Source: the human T2T-CHM13v2.0 reference genome, Homo sapiens. From it: a stretch of DNA of 64,000 nucleotides. Both the position numbers and the translations under genes were made by a program. Positions 28,830 to 46,465 of the stretch are shown here, in pieces (position 1 is the first letter of the stretch; the number at the start of each line of letters is the position of its first letter). The notes under the pieces are model-generated. The model saw only the letters and a list, made by a program, of their open reading frames with translations. It was not told the origin of the DNA and made no database searches. Where the stretch lies: the NCBI RefSeq assembly GCF_009914755.1, contig NC_060940.1, one strand, 5' to 3'.

Positions 28830-28991
28830 AGGTGAATTTGAAATTATTTTGTTCACTACCCTTTCCTTTGAAATGTTTGGTCTTAATTCATAGCGCTATG
28901 AGATTATTAGGTAAATTTGAAATTATTTTGTTCACTACCATTTCCTTTGATTGAAACTTTTGGTTTTAATTCACAGTGCTATGAGATTAAT
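28830..28991 (+). repeat. ~80-bp tandem duplication (2 copies)
   Basis: aggt(g/a)aatttgaaattattttgttcactacc...gctatgagatta at 28830-28908 and 28909-28991. Confidence 0.95.
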
Positions 28992-28999
28992 CTAGGGAC

Positions 29000-29575
<576 letters not shown>

Positions 29576-29963
29576 TAACTAGGAGCAGGTTTACTGTAAC
29601 ATTCAATATAATGAAAAACATTTACTGAGTCCCTAATATGCATTTGACACTGGGCTATGTCCTAGGGAGGCAAAGATGTTGGAACTAAAAATTCTTGCCC
29701 ACAAGTCACTTGTAGTCTATAAGATAAAAAATTGAATTTGGTATTATGAGTTCAGTGAGGCCAATAAAGCAGGGTCAGCAGAGGGGGAAGTGAATTGCTT
29801 TCAATTGCTGCAGTGAGACCAATAAGATGTCTTAGAGAATGAGATTTTGAGCTGGGGGTTAGAAGGATTAATAGGAGTTAAGCAAGAGAGCATATGTATG
29901 GCAAGGCAACTTGTTGAGACTGTGTGTGTATGTGTGTGTGTGTTTCTGGTTGTGGGAGAATCA

Positions 29964-30398
<435 letters not shown>

Positions 30399-32159
30399 TT
30401 AAAGATGGCATCTTGGCACATGTGAGCCTTTGGCTTGAGAATGTTCACCCAGAAGCTGAAGACACCACCCTGTCCCTTTCACATTTTCATTCTGAAAAAT
30501 CCATTAAAGAGATTTTCTGAATTGTGTCAGGGAGCTGTTTTGAGTCCCAGTAGTCAGAAGCTGCAGGAACAACAGGGGGGTTCCTAAGTCTAGAAAGTGG
30601 TGGTTTGGGGTTCCCTATGGATTGCGGATTTGCGTTCTACACATTCATAGTGTTCCAAGGAGGTGGCAGGAACTCTGAGAGCAATAACTGATAGGTGGAA
30701 AGGCTGGTCACATGTTGGCCCATCTCTGGCTGCACAGTGTGGCTGAAAGGTGGAGCAGCTTACCCAGCAATGCGGGGCAGACAGGGACAGACAGAGCACC
30801 TGCCAGACCCACTACAGATGCTGCACATGTGGGCAGATCCAAGCTACCAGGAGTGTCCAGCACCCAGGCATTTGCCTTTTTAGTCTCAGTCTAATCTCCA
30901 TGGAAGTTGGAATCATTTTCTTTGGGAGATAGACATGCATTATAATCAGCAAATCATGGAATAAACACAGAGGAACCAAGAATGGCCAGGCTAATGAGAC
31001 TCGGAGACCATCAACTCGCCAGCTGCATACTGCATACACACAAAAAACTCTTTTTTTTCTATCCCACATGTTGAAAGATCGTCACAGAAATGTGATTACT
31101 GTAGTGGGTAAACATCACAGCACCTAATAAGGTCTTCTGAAAAAAATGCATTTGCAACAAAAATTATTGCATGCCCTTCATTTGAACGCATGATGGACTT
31201 GAGAAAAGACATACAAAAGTCATTAGGTGAGGGTGACGATCATGTGCTCCAAAGTCACTTAGAGAGAAACCTGAAAAGGAAAACCATTTCAACAAACACA
31301 GGCCCAGGGTGTCTATCGTTAGTCACAGAAGCATTACTTCCAGGGTGGGTTTAGAAATCACCTGTCCACATGAACCTCTTGCTGCCAGACACATACACCA
31401 TCGGACTTACTGCTTTGAGCCTTTTGAAAGTCTGCCAGAGGTGAGTTTTCCCACTCATTTGGAGAAAAATTTTCATTGGAGTGCTTTCCCTGGAAGTAGG
31501 TTTGGAGGTGTCCTATAGAGAGCATGCACATGTACCCTGGTCTTTTATTCCAGTGCAAAAGGCCAGATTTCCTGGTGATGGGAGGGTAATTTTAAATAGT
31601 GGAACACGCCTTCAAAGGCCATTATCGAGTCTGACCTAAGCACTAGGTTGGCCCTGATCATTATGCCTCTTAGCTGTGCCCTACGCTATAATAATCCATT
31701 CTCATGCTGCCCCAATCATCACAAAGACACCCTCTCAAGCTGCACAAGTCACAGACTGGGTCTGTCAACTTCTTCCTGATGCCCAGAATGAGATAAGAGG
31801 TGAACGGACCGTACTCTTCTGCAGACAGTTATATAACAGGAAGCCATCTGTGGCCCTGCCCCAAGGCAGAGCCTACATGTTCCTGATATGTCCTCCCTAC
31901 TCATTTCTCATTGATGGCTCCAGATGTTGAACTATAGTGATTTCTGAGGTCGCCTATTCAGAATATCCAAACATTACAGAATATCACAGGAAAATAAGCC
32001 AGTATTATTCTTCAGAGTGAATACCAAACAGAACGTTTAGTTCAAGAGCTTTTCTAAACTTTCCTGGATAGTCTCAAATGTCAAATAAAAATTAGCACTC
32101 AATGCCAGTAAGTGTGTGGCTCCGTGGGTGCCCTTTGTGTATCCAGGTGATAAGAGTGT

Positions 32160-32910
32160 AAATCTATATATTTTGGAAAGCTGTTTGGCAATGGGTTTCA
32201 AGCATTTGAAGAATATGTAATTTTTTAGCCCAGTACTGTCACCCGTATTCTATTAAAATGGTCTGAAATTCAGACAGAGCTTTATGAAAAAGGTGGTCAT
32301 TACTGTGAAACCTTGGAAACAAACTAAAATAGCCAACATTTAGGGAACCAGTAAGTCCTTTTAGCTGAATTCCTCAATGAAATATTTCAAGCCATGTGAA
32401 ATGAAGTTTACAAAGAATTTGTCCTGGGAAAAATGCTAATGTCCTAATGATTCCCTTAAAAAATAGAGTATAAAATTAAATATACAATATAGTCTCAAGT
32501 TAAAATTTTAAAATGTACAACAAAGACAGCAAGAAATAGACCAAAATGTTCAAGGAATAGACCAAAATGTTCAGGCCATAAGATTATGAGTGATTTAACT
32601 TATTCTCTTCTATCTTTTTGTCATTGTCTAAATTTTCTATGACACTCACTTATTCTTTCTATACATTAGAAAAGTGTTACTTTAAAAATCTAATATTTGG
32701 GGATAAAAGTCAGAAGAGTAACTTCCTGGGGGTAAGGGGAAGCTATTGATTGGAAAGGAGCATGAGGGAACTTCCTGGAGTGATGGGAATACTCTATATC
32801 TTGATTTGAGTGGTGGCTAGATGGTTGTATACAGAGAGAATCCACTGGATTGTACCATCAATGTGTGTGTACTGCATTGTAGGTAAATTTTTCTTCAATT
32901 TTTAAAATAC
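32160..32910 (+). mobile_element. L1ME-type 3' fragments
   Basis: ttttggaaagctgtttggcaat...; gattggaaaggagcatgagggaacttcctggagtgatgggaatactctatatcttgat. Confidence 0.6.
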
Positions 32911-33118
32911 AGCATATTTGCCCTTCCATTCCTTTCATTATGTAAAGCCCCCACTTGCCTTTCTTCCATGATATTCACGGCAAACCCCATTTCCATATGG
33001 CTCCCATCACTCCTTTTAAAAGTTGCTTCTACCCATATGTCCCACCTTCACCATTATATTGTAGACATCTTCTGGGGAGAACCTCATTGTCTCTTTTCTA
33101 CAAAGCTCTCCAAAGACA

Positions 33119-33487
<369 letters not shown>

Positions 33488-33839
33488 TTAACTTTTCCTT
33501 TAGTTTTTTGCATCTTAAAACTTGAGGGTAGGGTTAAGAACACCTACCTCGTAGGGTTATATTGTGAAGATTGGGAATTACATATATAAAGTACTTCCCA
33601 ACAAGGTCTAAGGCATGGTGAGCATCTGATAAGTCGAAGTGAATATTACTCTTAGCCAAACTGGTCTCCCATCTCCCACTGATCTATGCTAATCCCACTA
33701 ATTCTTCAAAGCATAAGTAACTCCTCTAGAAGCCATTCATGGCCACTTCAACTTTCATGGGTCTCCTCATTTTTGTAGCCTAATTTAGCCCTTCATCACC
33801 CACTGCTGTGTAGAACTTGCTGCTATTTCATGGCAAATA

Positions 33840-34050
33840 AAAATGATATTTATTGATCACCTGCTATATGCAGACACAATTATAAACGATACACACTGTC
33901 TCCAACCATTTTACAACAGTCCTATGAAGTGGAATTATTATCTCCAATTTTACAAGACAGAAAACTGCAGACTCAGAGAAGGTCATGGAATTTGTCTAAG
34001 GTCACACAGCTGAATTTGAAGCCAGCTCTGTCTGAGCTCAAAATCTGTGT
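33840..34050 (-). mobile_element. MIR
   Basis: attattatctccaattttacaagacagaaaactgcagactcagaga...aaggtcacacagct. Confidence 0.7.
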
Positions 34051-34207
34051 TGTTGTTTTGTTGTTGTTGTTGTTGTTGTTGTTTTCTTCTTTAACATGTG
34101 CTAGCGATCTGCCCTATTAGGCTTGAAAATTTCTTGAGGATCCGATATGGCGGCAGGAGGCATAGGAATCATGCATTCATTCATTTAACAAATACCCACG
34201 GAGAACT

Positions 34208-34649
34208 GTGACCGATGCTATCAGTGTCCCCTCTTTTTCCTCTTAGATCTTGGTACACATAACCCAGCTCCCAGTGGTATCATCCACAACTGTTCACCTA
34301 AAGACTTTCTCTGGCCACCAGAGCCTGCTCTGCCCCTGGACATGCCAGAGTGAACGTGATGGAGAATGCCTGCTTCCCGGGAACAGCCCTCAGTGATGGA
34401 TGGGAATTTGTGTATAGCTGCCCCAGCCCTATCACTTCTCAGTGGTGGTACGTCTGAGGTGCGTGTTCCATGCTGGCTCTTGGAGTTCCCCGGGAGGATT
34501 ATTCTCCAGCTGCCCCGTGGTAACTCACTGGATAACACACCCTTTATGGTCTGCCTTTCCTCACTGTCCTGCCTTCACCTCCCAAATCAACCACTTGCAC
34601 TTGAATCCCTGACTCAGCGTCTGCTTTGGGAAGAAACCAAGCACAGATA
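34208..34649 (+). mobile_element. LTR16C-like ERVL LTR nested in an antisense L2 (L2 continues to ~35090)
   Basis: ggactttctctggcc-like core, cacctcccaaatcaaccacttgcacttgaatcc...gtctgctttggg. Confidence 0.75.
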
Positions 34650-36158
34650 AGCACACACATCTATCAGGTACCTATCTATGCAACCTGCTCCCTATTGGGA
34701 GAGACTAAGTCATAAATAAGCCAACAGCAAATAAAGACAATTATAGATCCTCAAATTCACCAGGAAAGATCCAAGATGCTGTGATAGAGAATAAGGTGGA
34801 GGGATTACTTTTAGATATAATGGGCAGACCTGGTGATCATGAAAAGTGGCCTTCAAACTGAAGATCGGAGGACCTGAAGAGCAAGGAGCCAACCACATAA
34901 AGGGCAAGAGAGAGAGAATTCTAGCAAGAGGAATCATGGAGGACAAAGATCCCCTAGTTGGGAAAATGCTTTGCACATTTATGCTCTCAAAGGAGGACAG
35001 CATAATGATAACAGAGTAACTGAGGAATGTAGAGACATAGGCATGTGACAGATCCTTGAGGACTGTGGACATGTCAAGAAGTTTGGAATCCTGGCAAGTC
35101 GCCGATGTGATTTAAAGGAGGTCTTTGCCCTGTGCATAACTTTGAGCCATGCATGGAAGTTACTGCTTTCATTCTTCTCAGGGCTTCGGATTCAAATTCA
35201 TTCACCTGGCTTCAAGGAGAAGGGGAAGGGAGAAGGGGTACAGAGAGACTGCTTTTGCAAAGAAGTATGTCAGGAGATGCTGAAGGGACCCTTTGTTTCA
35301 TCAAGTTAGTTTTCCCTTTGATTCCCCAATACCTCTAATTCTGCATGTCACCAGGAAATAGGTGTGCTGCAGCTCGGTGACAGCCTTCTCCAGTGTCTAT
35401 GGCAACCTGGGGCTGGGGCCATTTTTCCTTCAATGAATGGGCTGGCTTCCCGAAGACAAGTAAAGCCCAATTGTTATTCTCAACTGTTACAGAGGGAGGG
35501 TGCACAGGGGTAATAAAGAAACAACTGAATACTGCTAATGATATTGCATAAAATAACATGAATTAAGTAAATCATTTCTCTCCAGCTTAATTATAGATGC
35601 TTCAGGGTGAAAATGCAAGAAAGAGCCTCAAACTGAGGCTTTGCTTCTTATTCCAGCCATTATTTCCAGTGTTCTTTTTTTGTTGCCACGGTCCATATAC
35701 CTTATTGTCTGACAACTCTGAAAAGAGCTGGCTTCCAGGTTTGTGAATTACAACCACTTGGCTGTGTTCCTGAGAGAAACAACAGAGCTAAACAAAGGTG
35801 GGTAGGTGGAAGATGGAGCATTATTTGACAACAAAAGTCTCCCAACTTACAGATCGGATGGGTGTTAGTCTCTGCATCCTCTTCCTACTACTTTGGGCAA
35901 GGGTTATCTTTCCAAAGAAAAGCTGATCACATCATTCAACAGCATAATAATCTTCAGTGGCTTCTGGTAGACTGCAAGATAAAAACCTAAGCTATTTGGC
36001 TCAACCTCTTCAACCTCAGCTCTCATGTTGCCTCTTTGTACTTACTCCACTGAGCTATTACTAGGTCTTCCAATACACTAAGCTGTCTGGGGCCTCTGAT
36101 CTTCTGCTTGAGCTGGTTTGCCCTCTTCCCTCTTAAAGAATATACTCTCATCTTCTAA

Positions 36159-36472
<314 letters not shown>

Positions 36473-36569
36473 TTGTATAGCTTTTCTAGCATCCCCAGGG
36501 AAAACCATTTGTTTTTGCCCTTGCAATATGGGGATATGTGTCCCAGGCTCCTTATTGCAAACTTTGGGA

Positions 36570-37040
36570 TCGAGATACATTGATTGCATTCATGACCCCA
36601 ATTAATGGCCTACCTTTATCCACACCTTTTGCCTGTAATTCTGTAACTCCCTGGCTTGGAAATGTGAGCTATTTTGTAAGATAAGACAATCACAAACTTC
36701 ATACAAAAGCTTGCAAACCTGTGTGAGTTTTTTCTTGCCTTCTCAATGCAACTGGCTTTGCTCACTCTTGAATCCCTGCCATGGTCATGAGAACAAGCCT
36801 GGGCTAGCCTACTGGAGGATGACAGACACATGGAACAAAGCCAAATTGCCCCAGACCAGGCCATCCTAGACCAGCCAGCCCCCAGACAACCCTCCAGCTG
36901 CCTGAAGATGCAGGAACGAGCCCACCCGAATTGGCAGAACTATCCTGATAGTCCATAGACTAGTAAAACATAATAAATGGTTGTTGTTTTAAGCCACTAC
37001 ATTTTAAACTACTTTGTTTTATGCCCATTGTTAAATGATA
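36570..37040 (+). mobile_element. MLT1H-like LTR
   Basis: catgagaacaagcctgggctagcctactggaggatga...aataaatggttgttgttttaagccacta. Confidence 0.78.
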
Positions 37041-37206
37041 TAGGGGACCACATAGGAGAAGGCTTAGGTCTGGTTGGTTGTTGTCTGATAGCTGCATGGA
37101 AGACTGCAGCTCACCTCACTCCCAATCAAGAGTAAGAGATGAGAAAAAGAGGGATCCACTGTCTTTAGAACATGAATTCTTTCCAGTACAGAGGCTTGTC
37201 CGATCT

Positions 37207-37290
37207 ATGTTATAATACCCTCATCTCATACATCAAATGTTATAATACCGTCATCTCATACATCAAATAATACCCTCATCTCATATGTCA
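37207..37290 (+). repeat. 30-bp minisatellite, ~2.8 copies
   Basis: atgttataatacc(c/g)tcatctcatacatcaa repeated. Confidence 0.95.
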
Positions 37291-37719
37291 TTTAAAGAAC
37301 TCCTCCTTCTTCGAAGAGTACCAGTGAGAGGTAAGGAGAAGGCAGACATATCTACTTGATCCTTTCTAGAGGACAGAAATTTCTCTTTTATGGGCTAGCT
37401 GTAAGGAGATGAGAGGGAAAGGGCTCCCCCTGCAGGACAAATTTAACCAACCGTGCACAATTATAAAAGGTTGACCTTTTGAGAATCATTGTATACCTTG
37501 TTTTCCTATAACGTGGGTTTGTTTCGGAACATGAAGGAGATACTATGTCAATGTAAATTATTAAGGAAAAAATGGAGATGAGGATATAGGCAGAAGGAAG
37601 AAGAGCTAAAAGATGCAGGCAGAGTAGGAGAAGCACTTTACGAAAGGTGTTTGCCTTCACTGACACCTCTCCACTTCTCACTCTGACTCACACGCATGGA
37701 TCCTCTTGTCAACGTATTA

Positions 37720-37940
37720 AATATCGTAATAGAAAGTGCTTGATGAGTGCTTGCTACATGCCAGGAATTGTGCAAATTCACCTATCTCTCACAATAATTC
37801 TATAGGTTGGTACCATTGTCGTCATCTTTGTTTTACAGATGAGGGAGGAAGACTCAGGAAGAAATATGCCCGAAGTCACACAGATAGTGACAAAATGGCG
37901 ATTCAAATATAGGCAGACTTGCTCTAACACCTGTGCTTCA
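37720..37940 (-). mobile_element. MIR
   Basis: gttttacagatgagggaggaagactcag...cccgaagtcacacagatagt. Confidence 0.7.
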
Positions 37941-39783
37941 CCTGGCCTCTACAAAAGAAGCCAGACTGTCCCCCGAAGCCCATTATGTGGTGTTAGGCTT
38001 TGGACGTGGATCAATAGAAATGGACAGAAGGAAGGAGAATCATCTTTTCTATATTCCATCTTAGACTTTCTCCAAAATTGGAGATACCAGACCTGTGCTA
38101 CTCTGTCCCTGCTTACTATTTACTTCTATTCATGTGGCTTCCTTCATTACAAACTCATTAGCGGAGGGAAGGGCAGTCTCATGGCCAGACCATGTGAAGA
38201 CTTGCCTGAGTGTTCACCCCACTCTATTTAGTGGAATGCTATCTGTGTCCTTGGCCAATCTCACTATTGCAATCACAAAAGCATAATCAGCTACCTTCTT
38301 TTTTTTTATCATATCCCCTAAGTCATTTTCTAATTCTACTATTTTAGTTTATTCAATTTGTACACCAGAGTATGCCCAAATATATATAACCACATAATTA
38401 TACCTTTATACACTATGTATCCAAAATTCATTTTATATACATACCTTAGTATTTTTCCTTCTCCAGAATGAGATTTCCCTTCTATGCCCTATTTCACATC
38501 ATCCCCTGCCTCAGCCTCTGTCTGAAGTTATTTCCCAGTAAATGAAGCAGCCTTCCTCTCCATTGTCCCAAGTCATTCTCTGCCAATTCCACCATCCCAT
38601 AGGATATGTCTCTTATTTCTTCCACAGAAAGCAAAGTCAAAGTCCATTTTGTCCTCCACTCCCAATTATATTGGCTTCAAGTGCACCTTCAATGTTTTGC
38701 ATTCACCAGGGATTTATGTAGAAACCAGTAAAAAGGAGTCCAAAGAAAAAAAGTGACACAAATGTTCACATGGTGGATGAGAGAAGAGAGTAAAAGTGCT
38801 CATTGTCATTGCTGACAGCCTGTGTTTAGGAAGCATTTGCCTGGCCCCGGCTGAATCCTAATATGCATGTGGAAATTGATAATTATGTTCATTCAACCCT
38901 TTACAAAGTGCCTTCATGTGTTAAGATGCAAAAACATGAAGCTAAGTGCCCAATTCTTTATTAATTCGGTGTGGAGTTTTGCAGTTAACGGTGCCAGGTT
39001 TGCATCTGCAATTACCCCTCAGCTTTTTAGTGGATCTAAAAGGGCAAGTGAACCACCCTAACCGCAGCCTCCCTCCCCCAATACAATGCATCATTCTCCT
39101 GTTTGAAGAAATGAAGGGAAGTTGATATGGAGCTAGCCACTCTGTTGATGACTGTGAGTTTTTCTCTAAGATTTAGCTGGAGAAACCTAAGCCCCATAAG
39201 TAGAAAGTTTAGAGATATTTCTTGTGGCCTGGAATTGGAATCAGACTCACTTAATGAGGAGATAAAACGTGGCTACCTTGGGCTAAGGACTCTCAGGACC
39301 TGGCAGGTGTCTTGAGAAAGACAAACAAATGCTGTTCTCCATTGTCCTAGGAGAGACATACACTAAACAAAATCACTTTAGATGTAAGGACTGCTAAGAA
39401 GAAAATCAAATGGAATTGAAATCTGGCTAGTGACTCCTCTTTGCCAATTTCTTGTGAATCTGAATGACTTCGTCACTATGTCCTGGACACATGACGGGAC
39501 TTTCTCATCTCATCCTTCTAAAATGAAAACTGGAAGCCGTTAGACTGTGCACTTCAACCTGTTTCCCACTCGAATGCTAGCCTCTCTAGCTAGCTAGACC
39601 ACCTCTCCAACTCCCACCTGCTGTATTTCCCCATTATTGCTGACACCTGAGTCAGCTAAATAATCATGTTTTTTCCTCCACCATTTATTTTCCTTACGAT
39701 ACCTAGTACAATATTTTGGACAGAGAAATGAATGAATGAATCGTTCACTGGGGCAATTCTGGGATGCCGATGTCCATTCTTTA

Positions 39784-40739
<956 letters not shown>

Positions 40740-41203
40740 GTCATCAGACTCTCACAGCCACATGTCTGCCCCATAGCACCACCTATATAGGAAAATCCCA
40801 CACACACTTGCAGCTCACAGCCTAAGTTTTGAATGACTCCCTTTAGGCTGATTCTTTATGCAGACGCCAGCTCTGTGTAGCCTTTGACCATTCCACCTTC
40901 TGCTTGTTCTCTGTTGTTCTTTCTGTATTACCTAGAGCCATTTTACCATCCGTAAGATTAATCCCACTTGCATTGAGTTTCTTTGCACTGGCTACTCAGC
41001 CACCAACAAACACAGTCCCCAGAACTTTCTGTTGCCACCCTTTATGCTTAGGAGTGTCCTCAAACAGGAACTGAAGGCTCAGGTAATTTACGTGAGAAAC
41101 AAGAAGAAAATTAAATGAATAATCACATATGAGAAATAGTAAATATGGCTAGGACCTCTCTAGGCAAGACCTTAAAAATAATTCTTCCAAAGTAAAATAT
41201 TTT

Positions 41204-41292
41204 TCCTTCCTTCCTCCCTTCCTTCCTTCCTTGCTTCCTTCCTTCCTTCCTTTCTTCCTCCCTTCCTTCCTTCCTTTCTTCCTTCCTTCTTC
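41204..41292 (+). repeat. (TTCC)n simple repeat, interrupted
   Basis: Direct reading. Confidence 0.95.
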
Positions 41293-41614
41293 AATTATCT
41301 CAATGACAATGTCTGACATGGACTAGAAACTCTGTAAATATTTGCAATATTGTTCAATGAGTGGATGAACCTATATTGAGCACCTACCATATTGTATACA
41401 CCATGCTAGGCATTTGGGAAACAGTGAAGGATAACATAGACATTCCAAGTGCGATGTACCAGTCAACCTATCAAACCAAGCAGTATCTGGAGGAAACACA
41501 AAGGAGAATAAGAATAACCTCTTATGGACACTGACTGTCATGGGTCACCTTCCTCTTTCAACAAATGTGGCTCTCAGGGGATCATGGGAGATCATAAAAA
41601 TTATTGAGACTCCA

Positions 41615-42464
<850 letters not shown>

Positions 42465-43206
42465 AAAAATTATTGAAACTCCAAATGAAGATTCCTAGAT
42501 ATTTGTAGGATGTGCCCGTACCTTACAAGTCACGTGCAGCCCTGGTGTAGCCTTGACTTAGTGACAGAGGATTTTGACAAAAACTTTATAAAGCAAACAT
42601 TCACTCTTCCTCTGGTGACATGGGGGGAGGAGGGTGGTATAGAGATCTCTCAATACCACCTTCCTCCCCTCAAGTCATCATGCACAGGACAAGGGTAGAA
42701 GGATACAAAGGGAGTGGTATCAGTAGAAGCAAGATACAGTACTGAATAACTTTTATCTTTTGCCTGGAATGTTCTAGCCTATATTTTTAATGCTCTTATT
42801 TTTCAGGGGGACCTTATCACCTTTGTTATTCCAAATCAGCCTTAGTCAAATTATTGGGCACTCTAGGACCCACCTCAAAAACAGATATCACTGAAGATTT
42901 TTTATCAGATGGGTAAAGTATGCATATCACAGAGAGGGAACTGTGCATTTCTGTTCACCTTTTCCAGCCTGGCTCTTGCTAACAGGAGGCTGTAATTGAC
43001 CCTGTATATCATGCCTGGAGACCTTAATGGAAGTGTTGTAACACAATTAACTTAGAAGCAAAGGAGAAAAGGAAAGGCATCATGCCGTTATCTGGCCATT
43101 AGAAGCTACTCTGCCTTGAGATAAGGGGTATGGGAAAAGAAACAAGTGTGTATGAGTCCTGAGATATTTTTATAGTCAGCATCAAGCTTTATATGATTAT
43201 GAATAT

Positions 43207-43359
43207 TTTTTTAACAGGGACACTCACACTGTCGCCTAGGCTAGAGTGCAGTGGCATGATCTCTGCTCACTACAAACTCTGCCTCCCAGGCTCAAGTGAT
43301 CCTCCCACCTGAGCCTCCCAAAGTGCTGGGATTACAGACACGAGCCACCACACGCAGCC
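43207..43359 (-). mobile_element. Monomeric chimeric Alu
   Basis: Right-arm 3' part joined to left-arm 5' part; TSD tatatg(a/g)ttat. Confidence 0.85.
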
Positions 43360-43619
43360 TATATGGTTATTAGTATTATCCCTAAACATATCCATTTGCA
43401 TATTCAATGGACAGTGATTGAGTGTCTACTGCATACCCATCAATCCTGGATTCATGGCAAATACCAGAAGAACAAATATCATCCCTGTCCTCTGGGAGAT
43501 GGGGGTCTATATGATATACAAACAGAACACACACATGCAACCTCAAAATGAGGCTGCTCCATGAACACCTCATGGAGAAGAATGGTATCATCAGGGTCAC
43601 ATCATAATGATATCAAGAC

Positions 43620-43840
43620 TCATTATATATCAGTCATTTACTGTGTGCTGGAAACTTTATGCTCATTTCTCTAATCCTCACAACAAGCCCCCCCGATCCA
43701 TCATATTAGCTCCACTTTACAGAGGAGGAACCCCAAGATCAGAAGTTATGTGAGTTGACAAATGTCCCACAGTTGGTAAATGCCAGAATCAGGCCTGGCA
43801 CTCAAGAATGTGTAATTCCTCCAAAGCCCATGAGTTTTCT
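43620..43840 (-). mobile_element. MIR
   Basis: taatcctcacaacaa...ccactttacagaggaggaacc. Confidence 0.65.
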
Positions 43841-44583
43841 AGTAGTTTGTGTTTTTAGGGACAACCACAGTGCCTGTCACATATGGATGGATAGGTTCGA
43901 GTAGAACTTGTTTGATGCTTAAAAGGATATGATAGAGCTTATCAGTTGGATATCTTAGAACAAGGGTGCTCATGAGGATCCATGGGTCTAACTCTAAAGC
44001 AGCCCAAGGTTAGTGAGATTCATATTATGGGCAGAATCTGCCTTCCTTCTCTCTGGTGTGACTTGTCCTAGGTCGACTACAGCTGGTCTGGATTTGTAAT
44101 GATGCAGAATACTACGGTTAGGTCTTGTGGCAAATCCTGCCCCACATTCAGAGAAACTGGACTTGCCTTCCAGAGTCATCACCTTCTGCCAACCAGCCGC
44201 TCAGTATGGCATGAGCACACCCATCCTTGTCCTTCATCGCTCCTTGTTAAAACCACTTTCAGCTTTCTACTTGTGTCTTTTGCTGTCTCAGGCAGTAATC
44301 CATTTCTCAACATGTCATTTATCCAATAGACAACATATCAACGAGACAGTTTTGATTTGCTCAAACATCTTTGGCAAATGAAGGTGGCACCCTTGCAGAG
44401 ATGGCAATAATATTAATAGAAACTCAAGCCTGCAGTTCTGACAGCTCTCCCAACCTGTGCACACTTGCCTCTCTTGGGCAACTCTTAGTGTCCTCAAAGA
44501 CTGGCTGAGGCACTGTCCTGGTGGCTGAACCCAAGACACCTAGCCCTTCAGGTTTAGTGGTTCTCTAAAGAGTTATAGACTTA

Positions 44584-45200
<617 letters not shown>

Positions 45201-45307
45201 TAGACTTACTTTCTTAAGGAAGTATTCACCCAGGAAGTATTCACCCATTCAATAAAGAAGAATTGTTGCATACCTAGTATTTTCCAGTCTTATTAATCTA
45301 TTCATGT

Positions 45308-45565
45308 AGCACTTTGGGAGGCTGAGGCAGGAGGATCACTTGAGGACAGGAGTTCAAGACCAGGCTGAGCAACATAGTGAGACCCACATCTCTGCTTAAA
45401 GAAAAAAAAATAGCTGGGTATGGTGGCATCCACCTGTAGTCCCAGCTACTCAAGAGCCTGAGGTGGGAGGATTATTCGAGCCCAGGAGTTCAAGATGAGC
45501 CTGGGCAACATGGTGAGACCCCTACCTCTACCAAAAAAAAAAATTCTTTAAAAATAAATAAATAG
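45308..45565 (+). mobile_element. AluJ-like dimer, 5'-truncated, short right arm
   Basis: Right arm reads gagcccaggagttcaagatgagcctgggcaacatggtgagaccc and lacks the right-arm insert. Confidence 0.85.
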
Positions 45566-45829
45566 AGTCAAACCACTTATTTAATCTCATTCAGGTTGGA
45601 GAAGGAAGAAAAAGTAATTCAGACAAAAGAAACAGCATGTATAAAGGTAAAAAAAGTTCAGGAAACTAACAGATCACTCAATACAGAGGCCTGAAGAAAA
45701 CAGGTGTGAGAGATGAGGGTGAAGGATTAGGTGAGGCCTAGATTTCAGAGGGTATTATGTCTCGTTAATGAGCTTAATTTCATTCTATTGTTCTGGGACC
45801 ATCTAAGGTACAGGCAAAACTGCAATGTA

Positions 45830-46465
<636 letters not shown>

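Noticed and set aside
34374-34383. TTCCCGGGAA palindrome (TTC-N4-GAA, STAT6-type) in LTR16C
   Set aside because: A single short motif in an old LTR with no supporting context
37207-37290. CRISPR-like array of 30-bp repeats
   Set aside because: Head-to-tail repeats with no spacers in primate DNA; an ordinary minisatellite
41204-41292. GGAA microsatellite as an EWS-FLI1-type enhancer for the retrocopy
   Set aside because: Uninterrupted runs are short (about four units) and nothing else supports it
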